From an uncultured Lachnospiraceae bacterium (GTDB lineage Bacteria > Bacillota > Clostridia > Oscillospirales > CAG-272), in contig CAZMAF010000002.1 in the NCBI GenBank assembly GCA_964564225.1, positions 2,199 to 66,198 on the forward strand: DNA of 64,000 bases. Direction: 5' to 3'. The notes beneath the pieces were generated by a model that worked only from the letters and a program-made list of their open reading frames with translations, was not told where the DNA came from and made no database searches. Numbering within the stretch: the first letter of the stretch is position 1; each line of letters opens with the position of its first letter. Positions 29,426-38,175 of this stretch are shown in pieces. Position numbers and translations under genes: made by a program.

Positions 29426-30952
29426 ATGAAGCGCACAGTAAAGGAAGTGTTGGATTGTTTGAACGCAGCGGGGCTTTTAAGCGTCGTGTCGCTCGGCGCG
29501 CTTTCTTACGGGACGCCTCTTGTGGATATTACTTTTGATAATCGTACGGCAAGAGCAGGCAGTTTATTTGTTTGTAAAGGAAAGGCGTTCAGAGAAGAAT
29601 ATCTTTTCGGTGCATTTGAAAATGGGGCTGTTCTCTATATTGCCGATCATATGATAACTGAGTCGCTTCCTTACCTTCTGGTAACGGATATCCGACTTGC
29701 TATGTCGAAGCTTGCCGCTTTGTTTTTTGAAGAAGCTTGCCGTAACGTCGTTAAGATCGGGATTACCGGAACAAAAGGTAAAACGACAGTTGCTTTATTG
29801 TTGGGTTCAATATTTGATAGCTATTGCGCAGAACAATATAGCAAAAAAAGCGCGTTGCTTTCCTCGTTATATATCTACGACGGCAAAGAGCGTATACCTT
29901 CCAAGCTGACAACTCCTGAGGCGATTGAATTCTGGCGGCATTTAAAAAACGCCGGCGACAACTGTTTGCCATTTGCCGTTTGTGAGGTGTCGAGTCAGGG
30001 ACTTAAATACCATAGAGTCTGTGACGTTTTGTTTGATACCGCGCTGTTTTTGAATATTGGTAACGATCATATCAGCGAAGTGGAGCATCCTGATTTTGAG
30101 GATTATTTTTCCTCGAAGCTTAAGCTTTTTGATAAATCCCGTTCAGCCTGTATTAATTCCGGTGCTTCTTTTTTTAAAGAGATAACTGCTTATGCTGAAA
30201 GCGCGGGACGAGCTGTCTATACCTTCGGCTTTTCCGAAGGCGATACACTGTACTGTCGGTCACATTGGCGTGAAGACGGGTATGAGTTCCTTTCGGTGTC
30301 TTTTCGCGGTGAGGTTTATGAGGAATATGCGATAAGACTGTTTGGTAAGCATAACGTCGAAAACGCTCTTGCGGCAATTCTGGTTGCAAAACTGTATGCG
30401 ATACCTGAGGCGTATATCCGTCAGGGTCTTCTTGCGGCAGAGGTTGAGGGACGCGGTCAAGAATATGTAACAGATGACGGCGAGGTGCGTGTGATCGTCG
30501 ATTATGCGCACAATGGGATGAGTCTTGAAGCGCTTTACCGTTACGTGAAATCGGTTTACCCCGAACGATTTGTCGTTACCGTCTTCGGTTGTCCGGGCGG
30601 AAAAGCCAGAAACCGCCGTAAAGATATGGGGATAATGGCGGCATTTTATTCCGATTTTGTTATACTGACTGAGGATGATCCCGCAGATGAACCGATTGAG
30701 GCTATTTGCGAGGACATTGCTTTTTATCTTGAAAAAGAGAATACGCCGTATATTTGCGAGTATGATCGTGGACAAGCCGTTATGCGCGCATTTGAAAAAA
30801 GGGTTGGAAAAACTGTGATCTTGTGTTGCGGAAAGGGCGCTGAGAAAACGCAAAAACGTTTGTATGGCGAGGAGAGCTATATCGGGGATAGCGATTTGGT
30901 TAAGCAGCAAATTGATGCGTATAATCAGCGTTTTTTACCGATTGGATCGTGA
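29426..30952 (+). CDS. MurE-family ligase with an L-lysine-type signature (UDP-MurNAc-L-Ala-D-Glu:L-Lys ligase-like paralogue)
   Basis: GITGTKGKTT P-loop. LTEDDPADEP occupies the position of the DNPR/D(D,N)P(N,A) specificity motif. Start trimmed to ATG 29426 (GAGGAAG RBS). Confidence 0.7.
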   Translation: MKRTVKEVLDCLNAAGLLSVVSLGALSYGTPLVDITFDNRTARAGSLFVCKGKAFREEYLFGAFENGAVLYIADHMITESLPYLLVTDIRLAMSKLAALFFEEACRNVVKIGITGTKGKTTVALLLGSIFDSYCAEQYSKKSALLSSLYIYDGKERIPSKLTTPEAIEFWRHLKNAGDNCLPFAVCEVSSQGLKYHRVCDVLFDTALFLNIGNDHISEVEHPDFEDYFSSKLKLFDKSRSACINSGASFFKEITAYAESAGRAVYTFGFSEGDTLYCRSHWREDGYEFLSVSFRGEVYEEYAIRLFGKHNVENALAAILVAKLYAIPEAYIRQGLLAAEVEGRGQEYVTDDGEVRVIVDYAHNGMSLEALYRYVKSVYPERFVVTVFGCPGGKARNRRKDMGIMAAFYSDFVILTEDDPADEPIEAICEDIAFYLEKENTPYICEYDRGQAVMRAFEKRVGKTVILCCGKGAEKTQKRLYGEESYIGDSDLVKQQIDAYNQRFLPIGS

Positions 30953-30966
30953 AGGGAAAGAAATAT

Positions 30967-32193
30967 ATGACGAAAGCTTCGTTTTTACCGATTATTTTGG
31001 GTAGTGATGAAAATGCGTACGGTGATGCGCGACTGTTTTATGAGGAATACGGGATACGTCCTTTGATTTTATGCTGCCGTCTTTTGATTCCTACGCGGTA
31101 TTCTCGTTTATTTACGTATCGCTGTATTGAAAATTTTGATTGTGAAGATGTTTTTGTGCCTGCGCTTCTTTCGGTGCTTCGGGAAATGAAACCGAAATAT
31201 CAAAAGCTTCTTGTGATCGCTTGCTCGGATTATTATGCGAATCTGATGTCGCGCCATTACGATGAATTTGAGGGTTTGATTGCGAATCGCTTTCCTTCGC
31301 TTTCACTTTTAGAACAGTTTGAAACGAAGGATCTGTTTTACAGTCTTTGCGACCGTTACGGAATGCCCTATCCGAAAACTTACATTTGCGAGCCTGAGGA
31401 CAGAATTACCTGTGTGGATACGCTCCCGTTTAAGTTTCCGATTGTGGTAAAACCCGAAAACAGTAATGCGACCGAGTATCTGCATCTTTCGTTTGAAGGA
31501 AAGAAAAAAGTGTATTTCGTATATACGCGCGAGGAGTATTTGTCTTGTGCGGAAACGTTGAATGCGGTAGGATATCGAGGCAAGCTCATTCTTCAGGAAT
31601 TTATTGAGGGTGACGATTCTGCGATGCGTGTTGTGAATTCTTACTCCGATAATGAGGGCAAGGTGCGCGTTTCGGTACTCGGTCAGCCGCTTCTTGAGGA
31701 ATACGCTCCTTACACGCTTGGCAATTACGCCGCGATTATTACGCGGAATGAAGAGCGCGTGTATGAGCTTGTAACGTCATTTCTCGAAAAGATCGGTTAC
31801 GTCGGATTTTCGAATTTTGATATGAAATACGACCAAAAGAACGACCGTTACGTGCTGTTTGAGATTAATCCCCGTCTTGGAAGATCATCCTTTTTTGTCA
31901 GAGCGGCGGACGTGAATATGATGAAGGCGCTTGTTGATACCTGTGTTGAGAAAATACCTTATCAGGGTGTTTTTTATGGAAAAAAAACGGCAATGTGGTC
32001 TAACGTACCGAAGGGAATTTTGAAAAAATATGTAAAGAATCCTGATCTTGCCCGAGAGATGAAAGCGCTTTTTCCGGGATGCCTTTATACGCTTTACGCT
32101 AAAGAGGATCGCTCTCTTAAACGGTATTATCGGGTTACACGGTTTTATTTGTCGCATTATAAGAATTACAGAAAATATTATTTTGAAAAATAG
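30967..32193 (+). CDS. ATP-grasp carboxylate-amine ligase, D-aspartate ligase (Asl)-like
   Basis: FLPIILGSDENAYGDARLF N-terminus, an ATP-grasp core and FEINPRLGRSSFF. The alternative GTG start at 30949 overlaps the upstream stop. Confidence 0.6.
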   Translation: MTKASFLPIILGSDENAYGDARLFYEEYGIRPLILCCRLLIPTRYSRLFTYRCIENFDCEDVFVPALLSVLREMKPKYQKLLVIACSDYYANLMSRHYDEFEGLIANRFPSLSLLEQFETKDLFYSLCDRYGMPYPKTYICEPEDRITCVDTLPFKFPIVVKPENSNATEYLHLSFEGKKKVYFVYTREEYLSCAETLNAVGYRGKLILQEFIEGDDSAMRVVNSYSDNEGKVRVSVLGQPLLEEYAPYTLGNYAAIITRNEERVYELVTSFLEKIGYVGFSNFDMKYDQKNDRYVLFEINPRLGRSSFFVRAADVNMMKALVDTCVEKIPYQGVFYGKKTAMWSNVPKGILKKYVKNPDLAREMKALFPGCLYTLYAKEDRSLKRYYRVTRFYLSHYKNYRKYYFEK

Positions 32194-32203
32194 AGAAAGA
32201 GTC

Positions 32204-32232
32204 TTGAACTTTTACGCTTTATTTGTTATACT
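32204..32232 (+). promoter_or_regulatory. Sigma-A promoter of tsaE-tsaB-rpiB-tcdA
   Basis: TTGAAC-N17-TATACT. Confidence 0.5.
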
Positions 32233-32267
32233 ATGGACATTGTATCCTGGTGAGAGGAGGTTTCATT

Positions 32268-32708
32268 ATGAAAAGAAAAACATTGTTTCGGATTCTTTCG
32301 CATTCTGAAAAAGAAACCGAATCGGCAGGAATATTGTTGGCATCCCAGCTTCGCGGATACGACTTTGTTGCAATGTTCGGCGATCTCGGGGCAGGGAAAA
32401 CGGCTTTTGTCAGAGGGATGGCGACTGTTCTTGCGCCCGATTACGACGTCTTTAGTCCTACCTATACGATCGTCAATGAATATGGCGAGGGCGCTCGTCG
32501 TCTTTGTCATTTTGATATGTACCGTATAGATAGTGAAGATGACCTTGAATCAATCGGCTTTTACGATTATACTGATTGCGTTATCGTTGCGGAGTGGTGT
32601 GAGAAAATTCCTTTTGCGCTTCCCGAAAGCTATTACTCGGTTACGGTTGAAAAGCTTAACGAAACCGAAAGGCTGATTCATATTGAGCGTGTGGAGGCTG
32701 ACATATGA
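32268..32708 (+). CDS. tsaE: tRNA t6A biosynthesis ATPase TsaE
   Basis: GDLGAGKTAFVRG. Start trimmed to ATG 32268 (GAGGAGG RBS). Confidence 0.88.
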   Translation: MKRKTLFRILSHSEKETESAGILLASQLRGYDFVAMFGDLGAGKTAFVRGMATVLAPDYDVFSPTYTIVNEYGEGARRLCHFDMYRIDSEDDLESIGFYDYTDCVIVAEWCEKIPFALPESYYSVTVEKLNETERLIHIERVEADI

Positions 32709-33403
32709 TTCTTCTGGCACTTGATTCTACAGCCGTGGTTGCTACGGCGGCACTGATGCAGGATGGCGAGATTCTTGTCTCCGAAACGGTTGATTGCGGT
32801 AAAACGCATAGTGAAACGCTGTTGCCTCTTATTGAAACGCTCTATCATAAAACAAAGCTTTCGCCGAAAGATACCGACGTGTTTGCTTGCAGCGTAGGCC
32901 CCGGTTCTTTTACCGGTGTTCGTATCGGCACTGCTTTACTGAAAGGAATGGCGTATGGAAATAAACCTTGTATCGGGGTTTCGACACTTGAGGCGCTTGC
33001 GCAGAATCTCATTGGTTTAAACGGTATAATTTCCGCTGTAATGGATGCGAGAAGGGGACAGGTCTATAACGCCCTTTTCCGTTGTCAAAACGGAAAATTG
33101 ACACGTCTGACTCCTGACCGTACTCTGATGCTTCAGGAATTGCAAGACGAGCTTTCTTCGTATCGCGAGCCGATATATTTTTGTGGCGACGGATACCGTA
33201 TTGCTCAGGATTACATTACGCACTCTGCGAAAATGATTACGCCTTCTGAGCTCGTTATGCAAAATGCGGCGAGTGTTGCCGTTATTGCCTATCGTGAATA
33301 TTTAGCGGGTAATGCAGTCAGTGATGCTGAGCTTCGCCCCTTCTACTTGCGCGCGCCGCAGGCAGAGCGTGAACGTAATGAAAAATTCAAACAAACTACC
33401 TGA
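32705..33403 (+). CDS. tsaB: tRNA t6A biosynthesis protein TsaB
   Basis: ILALDST...GPGSFTGVRIG, with an ATGA overlap with tsaE. Confidence 0.88.
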   Translation: MILLALDSTAVVATAALMQDGEILVSETVDCGKTHSETLLPLIETLYHKTKLSPKDTDVFACSVGPGSFTGVRIGTALLKGMAYGNKPCIGVSTLEALAQNLIGLNGIISAVMDARRGQVYNALFRCQNGKLTRLTPDRTLMLQELQDELSSYREPIYFCGDGYRIAQDYITHSAKMITPSELVMQNAASVAVIAYREYLAGNAVSDAELRPFYLRAPQAERERNEKFKQTT

Positions 33404-33416
33404 AGAGGATATAGAT

Positions 33417-33866
33417 ATGGAACGTAAGGTTGTCATTGCCTGCGATCACGCAGGAAACGAAGTTAAGGATGCGATCATTCAGAATCTTCGCACACAGGGC
33501 TATGAGGTTACGGATTTCGGTTGCGACGGCACGGGGAGTGTGAATTATCCCGATTACGCGCAGCTGGTTTGCCGGGCGGTTCAGCAAAACGAAGCGCCTT
33601 TTGGCATTCTTATTTGCGGAACGGGAATTGGTATGAGTATGGCTGCCAATAAGCATCGCGGTATTCGTGCGGCGCTTTGTGAAAATACGTTTTCGGCAGA
33701 GATGACGAGAAGACATAATGATGCTAACGTGCTTTGCCTTGGTGCGCGTGTAATTTCAGCAGAAAAGGCTGTTTCACTTGTTAATCTCTTTTTGACAACG
33801 CCTTATGAGGGCGGAAGACACGATGTGCGCGTTGCTTTATTGAACGCGCTTGATGATAACGGCTGA
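33417..33866 (+). CDS. rpiB: Ribose-5-phosphate isomerase B
   Basis: VVIACDHAG...LICGTGIGMSMAANK. Start trimmed to ATG 33417. Confidence 0.9.
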   Translation: MERKVVIACDHAGNEVKDAIIQNLRTQGYEVTDFGCDGTGSVNYPDYAQLVCRAVQQNEAPFGILICGTGIGMSMAANKHRGIRAALCENTFSAEMTRRHNDANVLCLGARVISAEKAVSLVNLFLTTPYEGGRHDVRVALLNALDDNG

Positions 33867-34570
33867 TGGATTCCCGTTTTGAAAGAAGTGCGCTTCTTCT
33901 GGGTTGGGACGGAATTGAAAAGCTGCATCAAAAGTCGGTAGCGATTTTCGGTGTCGGCGGTGTCGGAGGTTACGTTGCGGAGGCGCTTGCAAGGTGTGGT
34001 GTCGGAAAGATTACGCTTTTCGATAAGGATGTTGTGGATGTTACAAATATTAACCGTCAGATAATCGCGCTTACGAGTACTGTCGGACGATATAAGTGTG
34101 ACGTTATGAAGGAACGGATACTTGACATCAATCCTCGGTGTGAGGTGGTTTGTCACAATGTGTTTTATTTGCCCGAAAACGCTGATGATTATTCGTTAAA
34201 AGGATTTGACTACGTTGTAGATGCTGTAGATACCGTTGCGGCAAAGCTTGAGATTATTGTGCGCGCGAAAGCGTTAGGTATTCCCGTTATTTCTGCGATG
34301 GGAGCGGGGAATAAAACCGATCCTTCCCGGTTTGAGATTGCGGACATTTATCAAACGTCGGTGTGTCCGCTTGCCCGAGTGATGCGCAGAGAATTGAAAA
34401 TGCGCGGGATCGCATCACTTAAGGTTGTTTATTCAAAAGAAGCACCGAATCCGCTTCATTCTGATTATGGCGGCAATGAAAAAAGATTGCCTACGGCAAG
34501 TGTTGCATTTACCGTATCGGTAGCCGGACTTCTTATAGCAAGGGAAGTTGTGATGGATTTGTTAAAGTAA
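33866..34570 (+). CDS. tcdA: tRNA threonylcarbamoyladenosine dehydratase (ThiF/E1-like)
   Basis: VAIFGVGGVGGYVAEALAR...DVTNINRQ. The ATG shares one nt with the rpiB TGA. Confidence 0.75.
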   Translation: MDSRFERSALLLGWDGIEKLHQKSVAIFGVGGVGGYVAEALARCGVGKITLFDKDVVDVTNINRQIIALTSTVGRYKCDVMKERILDINPRCEVVCHNVFYLPENADDYSLKGFDYVVDAVDTVAAKLEIIVRAKALGIPVISAMGAGNKTDPSRFEIADIYQTSVCPLARVMRRELKMRGIASLKVVYSKEAPNPLHSDYGGNEKRLPTASVAFTVSVAGLLIAREVVMDLLK

Positions 34571-34921
34571 AGGTCGAATCAGGATACGGCAACTTTTAAA
34601 AAAGACTGTGAAACGCTTTTCAGAACGCTTTCGGAGAAGAATTCCGATATGCAGTTTGTCATTATGAATTGTCCTGCTTGCTTTGGCACAAGAATTGATA
34701 ATAAGTTTGGCAGTCCCGAGCTTCGTCAGATTCAGGAAGAATTGGTTGGCGAAATGAATGAGAAGGGTTATAAGACGTCTTTCTTTGATATGTATTCGGT
34801 TACCAAGGATTTTCAGGATTACTATCCGGATGATCCTCATCCTGATGAAGACGGTCATACCGTTATGGCTTAAGAGCTTGCGAAAATGTTGAATGGACTG
34901 ATCAATCCTGAAGATAAGTAA
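34571..34921 (+). pseudogene. 3' fragment of an SGNH/GDSL hydrolase paralogue (5' two-thirds deleted, in-frame TAA)
   Basis: Aligns to 40141-40470 of the intact gene (offset 5549 bp). 34628-34810 is identical to 40177-40359. GAA becomes TAA at 34871. No start or RBS; the fragment abuts the tcdA stop. Confidence 0.85.
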
Positions 34922-34934
34922 AATTGATAAAAAA

Positions 34935-34960
34935 AAGACCGGTACCGTCGGTCTTTTTTG
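34935..34960 (+). terminator. Terminator retained by the SGNH fragment
   Basis: AAGACCG-GTACCGT-CGGTCTT followed by TTTTG, with an A-run upstream. Confidence 0.7.
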
Positions 34961-35056
34961 TTTTAATTTTTTAGGATTTAAAGCTGTACGTTTTTATTGC
35001 ATAAATGGGAAGATGGTATGAATATAGTGTGATAGATTACGTAGGATGGAGCATTT

Positions 35057-37666
35057 ATGAAGAAATATCACGGATTAACGGCGAGTGAGGTTGAAAAATC
35101 AAGAGCGGTATACGGCGATAATCGGTTGTTGGGGCAGAAGAAACATTCGTTTTGGAAAAGACTGTTTCATAATTTTCAAGATCCGATCATTCGGGTATTG
35201 GTTATTGCATTGGTTTTGAACGTCGCGTTTACGGTCCACAATATCAATTGGATGGAATGCATTGGTATTTTGCTTGCCATTCTCGTATCAACGGTTGTAT
35301 CAACCGTTTCAGAAATGGGCAGTGAAAATGCATTTGAAAAGCTGTCAAAGGAAAGTCGGGATACGACTTGCCGTGTGATCAGAAACGGTGTTGGCGAGGA
35401 AATTTCGATTGACGACGTTGTGGTAGGCGATATTCTGGCGGTTGGTGTCGGGGAGGCAGTACCTGCCGACGGTGTTGTGTTAGAGGGGGAGCTGCTTGTC
35501 AATCAGGCGGCGCTGAACGGAGAGAGCAGAGAAACGAAAAAAAAGTACTGTAAACGTACAACAGAGCGCGCGCTTGATGCGGAAAACCGTTTATTTCGAG
35601 GCAGTCTTATTACACGGGGCAGCGCTGTTATTCGTGTGAGTGAAGTCGGTCAAAATACGTTTTTAGGGGACGTGGCAAAGGACCTGTCCGAAGATACCCG
35701 AAGTAGTCCGCTCAAACTTCGTTTATCAAAGCTTGCAGCAACAGTCAGTAAGATTGGGTATATCCTTGCAGCTGTTGTGGCGATGTCTTATTTATTCGGT
35801 GTGATTTTTCTTGACACGGGTTTTGATAAAAATGCGATAATATCTTTGCTTTTTGATTACCGTACACTGTTTACGCATCTGATCCGCGCTCTAACTCTTG
35901 CCGTGACAATCGTGGTCGTGGCTGTTCCCGAAGGGCTACCGATGATGATATGCGTAGTCCTTTCTTCGAATATGAAGCGGATGCTGAACGATCAGATCTT
36001 GGTGAAAAAGATGGTTGGTATTGAAACGGCGGGAAGTCTGAATATTCTATTCAGTGATAAAACGGGTACGTTTACTTCGGGGAAGCAGGACGTAAAGGGT
36101 TTTTTGTTTGCGAATAACCGTTACGTTGACAACATTGAACGGTTGAAGCGGGAAACGGGGTATTCGCATCTTTTGGAGTCAGCAACATATAATACGGAAT
36201 GCGAGCTTGTCGGTCAGCGAGTGATGGGATCTAACGCATCCGATCGGGCAATCAACGAGTATTTCTTAAAACTTACAAAGCCGCTTGGTATGATATATGG
36301 GGGCATTCCGTTTGATAGCCGATATAAATATTCGGCGGCCTTAACGCCAAGTGGCACAGTGTTAATTAAAGGTGCGCCCGAGGTTTTGCTTCCTCACGTA
36401 ACCTCGTGGATTTCGTCGGAGGGTATTGCTTATGATGGAGCGTTGTTAAAAGAGTCGTACTTGCGCTATACGCGCGATTCGGCTCGTTTGTTGATGATTG
36501 CCATTGCCGATAGATTGCCCACGGCGATAGATTTTCCGGAGCTTTCCTTTGTTGCGTTTGCCGTGATTCGCGATCCTCTCAGACCAAGCACGAAGACGGC
36601 GGTAAAAATGCTTCAGGGAGCGGGTATTCAGGTTGTGATGGTGACGGGCGACAGTCCCGAAACTGCTGAAGCCGTGGCAAGAGCATCCGGACTGTTTCAA
36701 GAAAACTCTGAAGGAACAGTGATTACGGGCGAGGAGTTGACACGGCTTACGGATTGTGAGCTTGCTAAACGTTTGCCGTACATTTCTGTTGTAGCACGCG
36801 CGCTCCCCCGTGATAAGACCAGACTTGTCCGTGTGGCACAGGGGAAGGATCTCGTAGTCGGAATGACGGGGGATGGGGTTAACGATGCCCCCGCTTTGAA
36901 GCTTGCCGACGTGGGATTTGCCATGGGAAGCGGTACGGATATTGCCAAAGAAGCGGGGGATATCGTTATTCTTGATAACGATATGGAAGCGATGGTCAAG
37001 GCGGTTTTGTACGGACGAACGATTTTTAAAAGCATTTGCAAATTTATTATTTTTCAGTTGACGATGAATTTATGTGCCGTTGGTGTTACGCTGTTAGGTC
37101 CGCTTCTCGGTGTTCCTTCGCCGATTACGGTAATTCAGATGCTATGGGTTAACATGATAATGGATACGCTTGGCGGTCTTGCATTTGCAGGGGAAGCGCC
37201 CGAAAAATATACGCTCGAAGAAAAACCCAAAACAAGACGAGAGCCGTTGTTATCAAGGCAGTCGTTTTTTAAGGTGCTGTGGAACGGTACGACTGCATTG
37301 ACGGTATGCGCATTATTTATGGCACTTGATTTTTTTAAGGACGCTTTGCATTTTGATACTGTTCCTGCTGTCTATTATTCTGCATTATTTTCGCTGTTTA
37401 TTTTTATGGGTGTTGTAATGTTTTATATCGCCCGAAGCGAGCGGTTGAATTTTTTGTCGGGACTTTTAAAGAACACGTCTTTTTTACTGATTACCGTTCT
37501 TGTGACGGTCGTACAGCTTCTGATGGTGTATTTTGGCGGTTCGGTATTTCGTACAGTAGGGTTGCCGCTTAAAACGCTTTGCTCAATTGCGCTTCTTGCT
37601 TTTATTGTTCTTCCGTTTGACTTGATTCGTCGCGCTATTATGAAAAAAAGAAATCACGGTGCATAA
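35057..37666 (+). CDS. P-type cation-transporting ATPase, P2 (Ca2+-ATPase-like) with atypical signature motifs
   Basis: PEGLP, DKTGTFT (canonical DKTGTLT), MVTGDSPETA and GDGVNDAPALK. The actuator motif reads NGES instead of TGES. Confidence 0.75.
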   Translation: MKKYHGLTASEVEKSRAVYGDNRLLGQKKHSFWKRLFHNFQDPIIRVLVIALVLNVAFTVHNINWMECIGILLAILVSTVVSTVSEMGSENAFEKLSKESRDTTCRVIRNGVGEEISIDDVVVGDILAVGVGEAVPADGVVLEGELLVNQAALNGESRETKKKYCKRTTERALDAENRLFRGSLITRGSAVIRVSEVGQNTFLGDVAKDLSEDTRSSPLKLRLSKLAATVSKIGYILAAVVAMSYLFGVIFLDTGFDKNAIISLLFDYRTLFTHLIRALTLAVTIVVVAVPEGLPMMICVVLSSNMKRMLNDQILVKKMVGIETAGSLNILFSDKTGTFTSGKQDVKGFLFANNRYVDNIERLKRETGYSHLLESATYNTECELVGQRVMGSNASDRAINEYFLKLTKPLGMIYGGIPFDSRYKYSAALTPSGTVLIKGAPEVLLPHVTSWISSEGIAYDGALLKESYLRYTRDSARLLMIAIADRLPTAIDFPELSFVAFAVIRDPLRPSTKTAVKMLQGAGIQVVMVTGDSPETAEAVARASGLFQENSEGTVITGEELTRLTDCELAKRLPYISVVARALPRDKTRLVRVAQGKDLVVGMTGDGVNDAPALKLADVGFAMGSGTDIAKEAGDIVILDNDMEAMVKAVLYGRTIFKSICKFIIFQLTMNLCAVGVTLLGPLLGVPSPITVIQMLWVNMIMDTLGGLAFAGEAPEKYTLEEKPKTRREPLLSRQSFFKVLWNGTTALTVCALFMALDFFKDALHFDTVPAVYYSALFSLFIFMGVVMFYIARSERLNFLSGLLKNTSFLLITVLVTVVQLLMVYFGGSVFRTVGLPLKTLCSIALLAFIVLPFDLIRRAIMKKRNHGA

Positions 37667-37711
37667 AGTTTTGTGTAGCTTGGGATAATAAAAGAAAAAG
37701 GATGAGGTTTT

Positions 37712-37969
37712 ATGATAGAATTTACGCATACGGTAAAAGACCCTAATGGGATGCACGCCCGTCCGGCAGGGCTTTTGGTAAAGGAAGCAACGCGATTTTC
37801 TTCAGAGGTAATGATTTATAACGGAGAAAAATCGGCAAGTGCTAAAAAATTGATCTCGTTACTGTCGCTTTCAGTAAAATGCGGTACGACGGTTCGTGTT
37901 ACTGTTATCGGTGAGGACGAAGCGGAAGCAGCAGAGGCTATTTCTGCGTATATGAAAGCGAATATATAG
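37712..37969 (+). CDS. HPr-family phosphocarrier protein lacking Ser46
   Basis: GMHARPA (His15) is present. Position 46 is Lys (SASAKKLISLLSL versus canonical NLKSIMGVMSLG). Confidence 0.8.
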   Translation: MIEFTHTVKDPNGMHARPAGLLVKEATRFSSEVMIYNGEKSASAKKLISLLSLSVKCGTTVRVTVIGEDEAEAAEAISAYMKANI

Positions 37970-38023
37970 GAAAATCTTATCTTTATCAGGATTTTAGTTA
38001 AGATTAATTATCAAGTGAGGTTT

Positions 38024-38143
38024 GTATCTCATAGGGCTCTGCAGGGGATTATATGCACGCTTCGCGTGATGAGATACACCTTTGGTGATGAGATACACGC
38101 TAAAGCGCGATGAGATACAGCCCAAAGGGTTGATGATATACAC
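38024..38143. repeat. Iteron-like array: one inverted and four direct copies of (T/C)GATGAGATACA(C)
   Basis: Direct copies at 38067-38079, 38086-38098 (identical), 38108-38120 and 38131-38143 (one substitution). Inverted core GTATCTCAT at 38024-38032. Spacing is 19-23 bp. Confidence 0.7.
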
Positions 38144-38175
38144 GACTGCATCGTGAATCTGTAGCTTGGATAAAC

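Noticed and set aside
38067-38143. Possible mini-CRISPR array
   Set aside because: The repeats are only 12-13 bp with 6-10-bp 'spacers', far below CRISPR dimensions. There is no leader and no cas genes.
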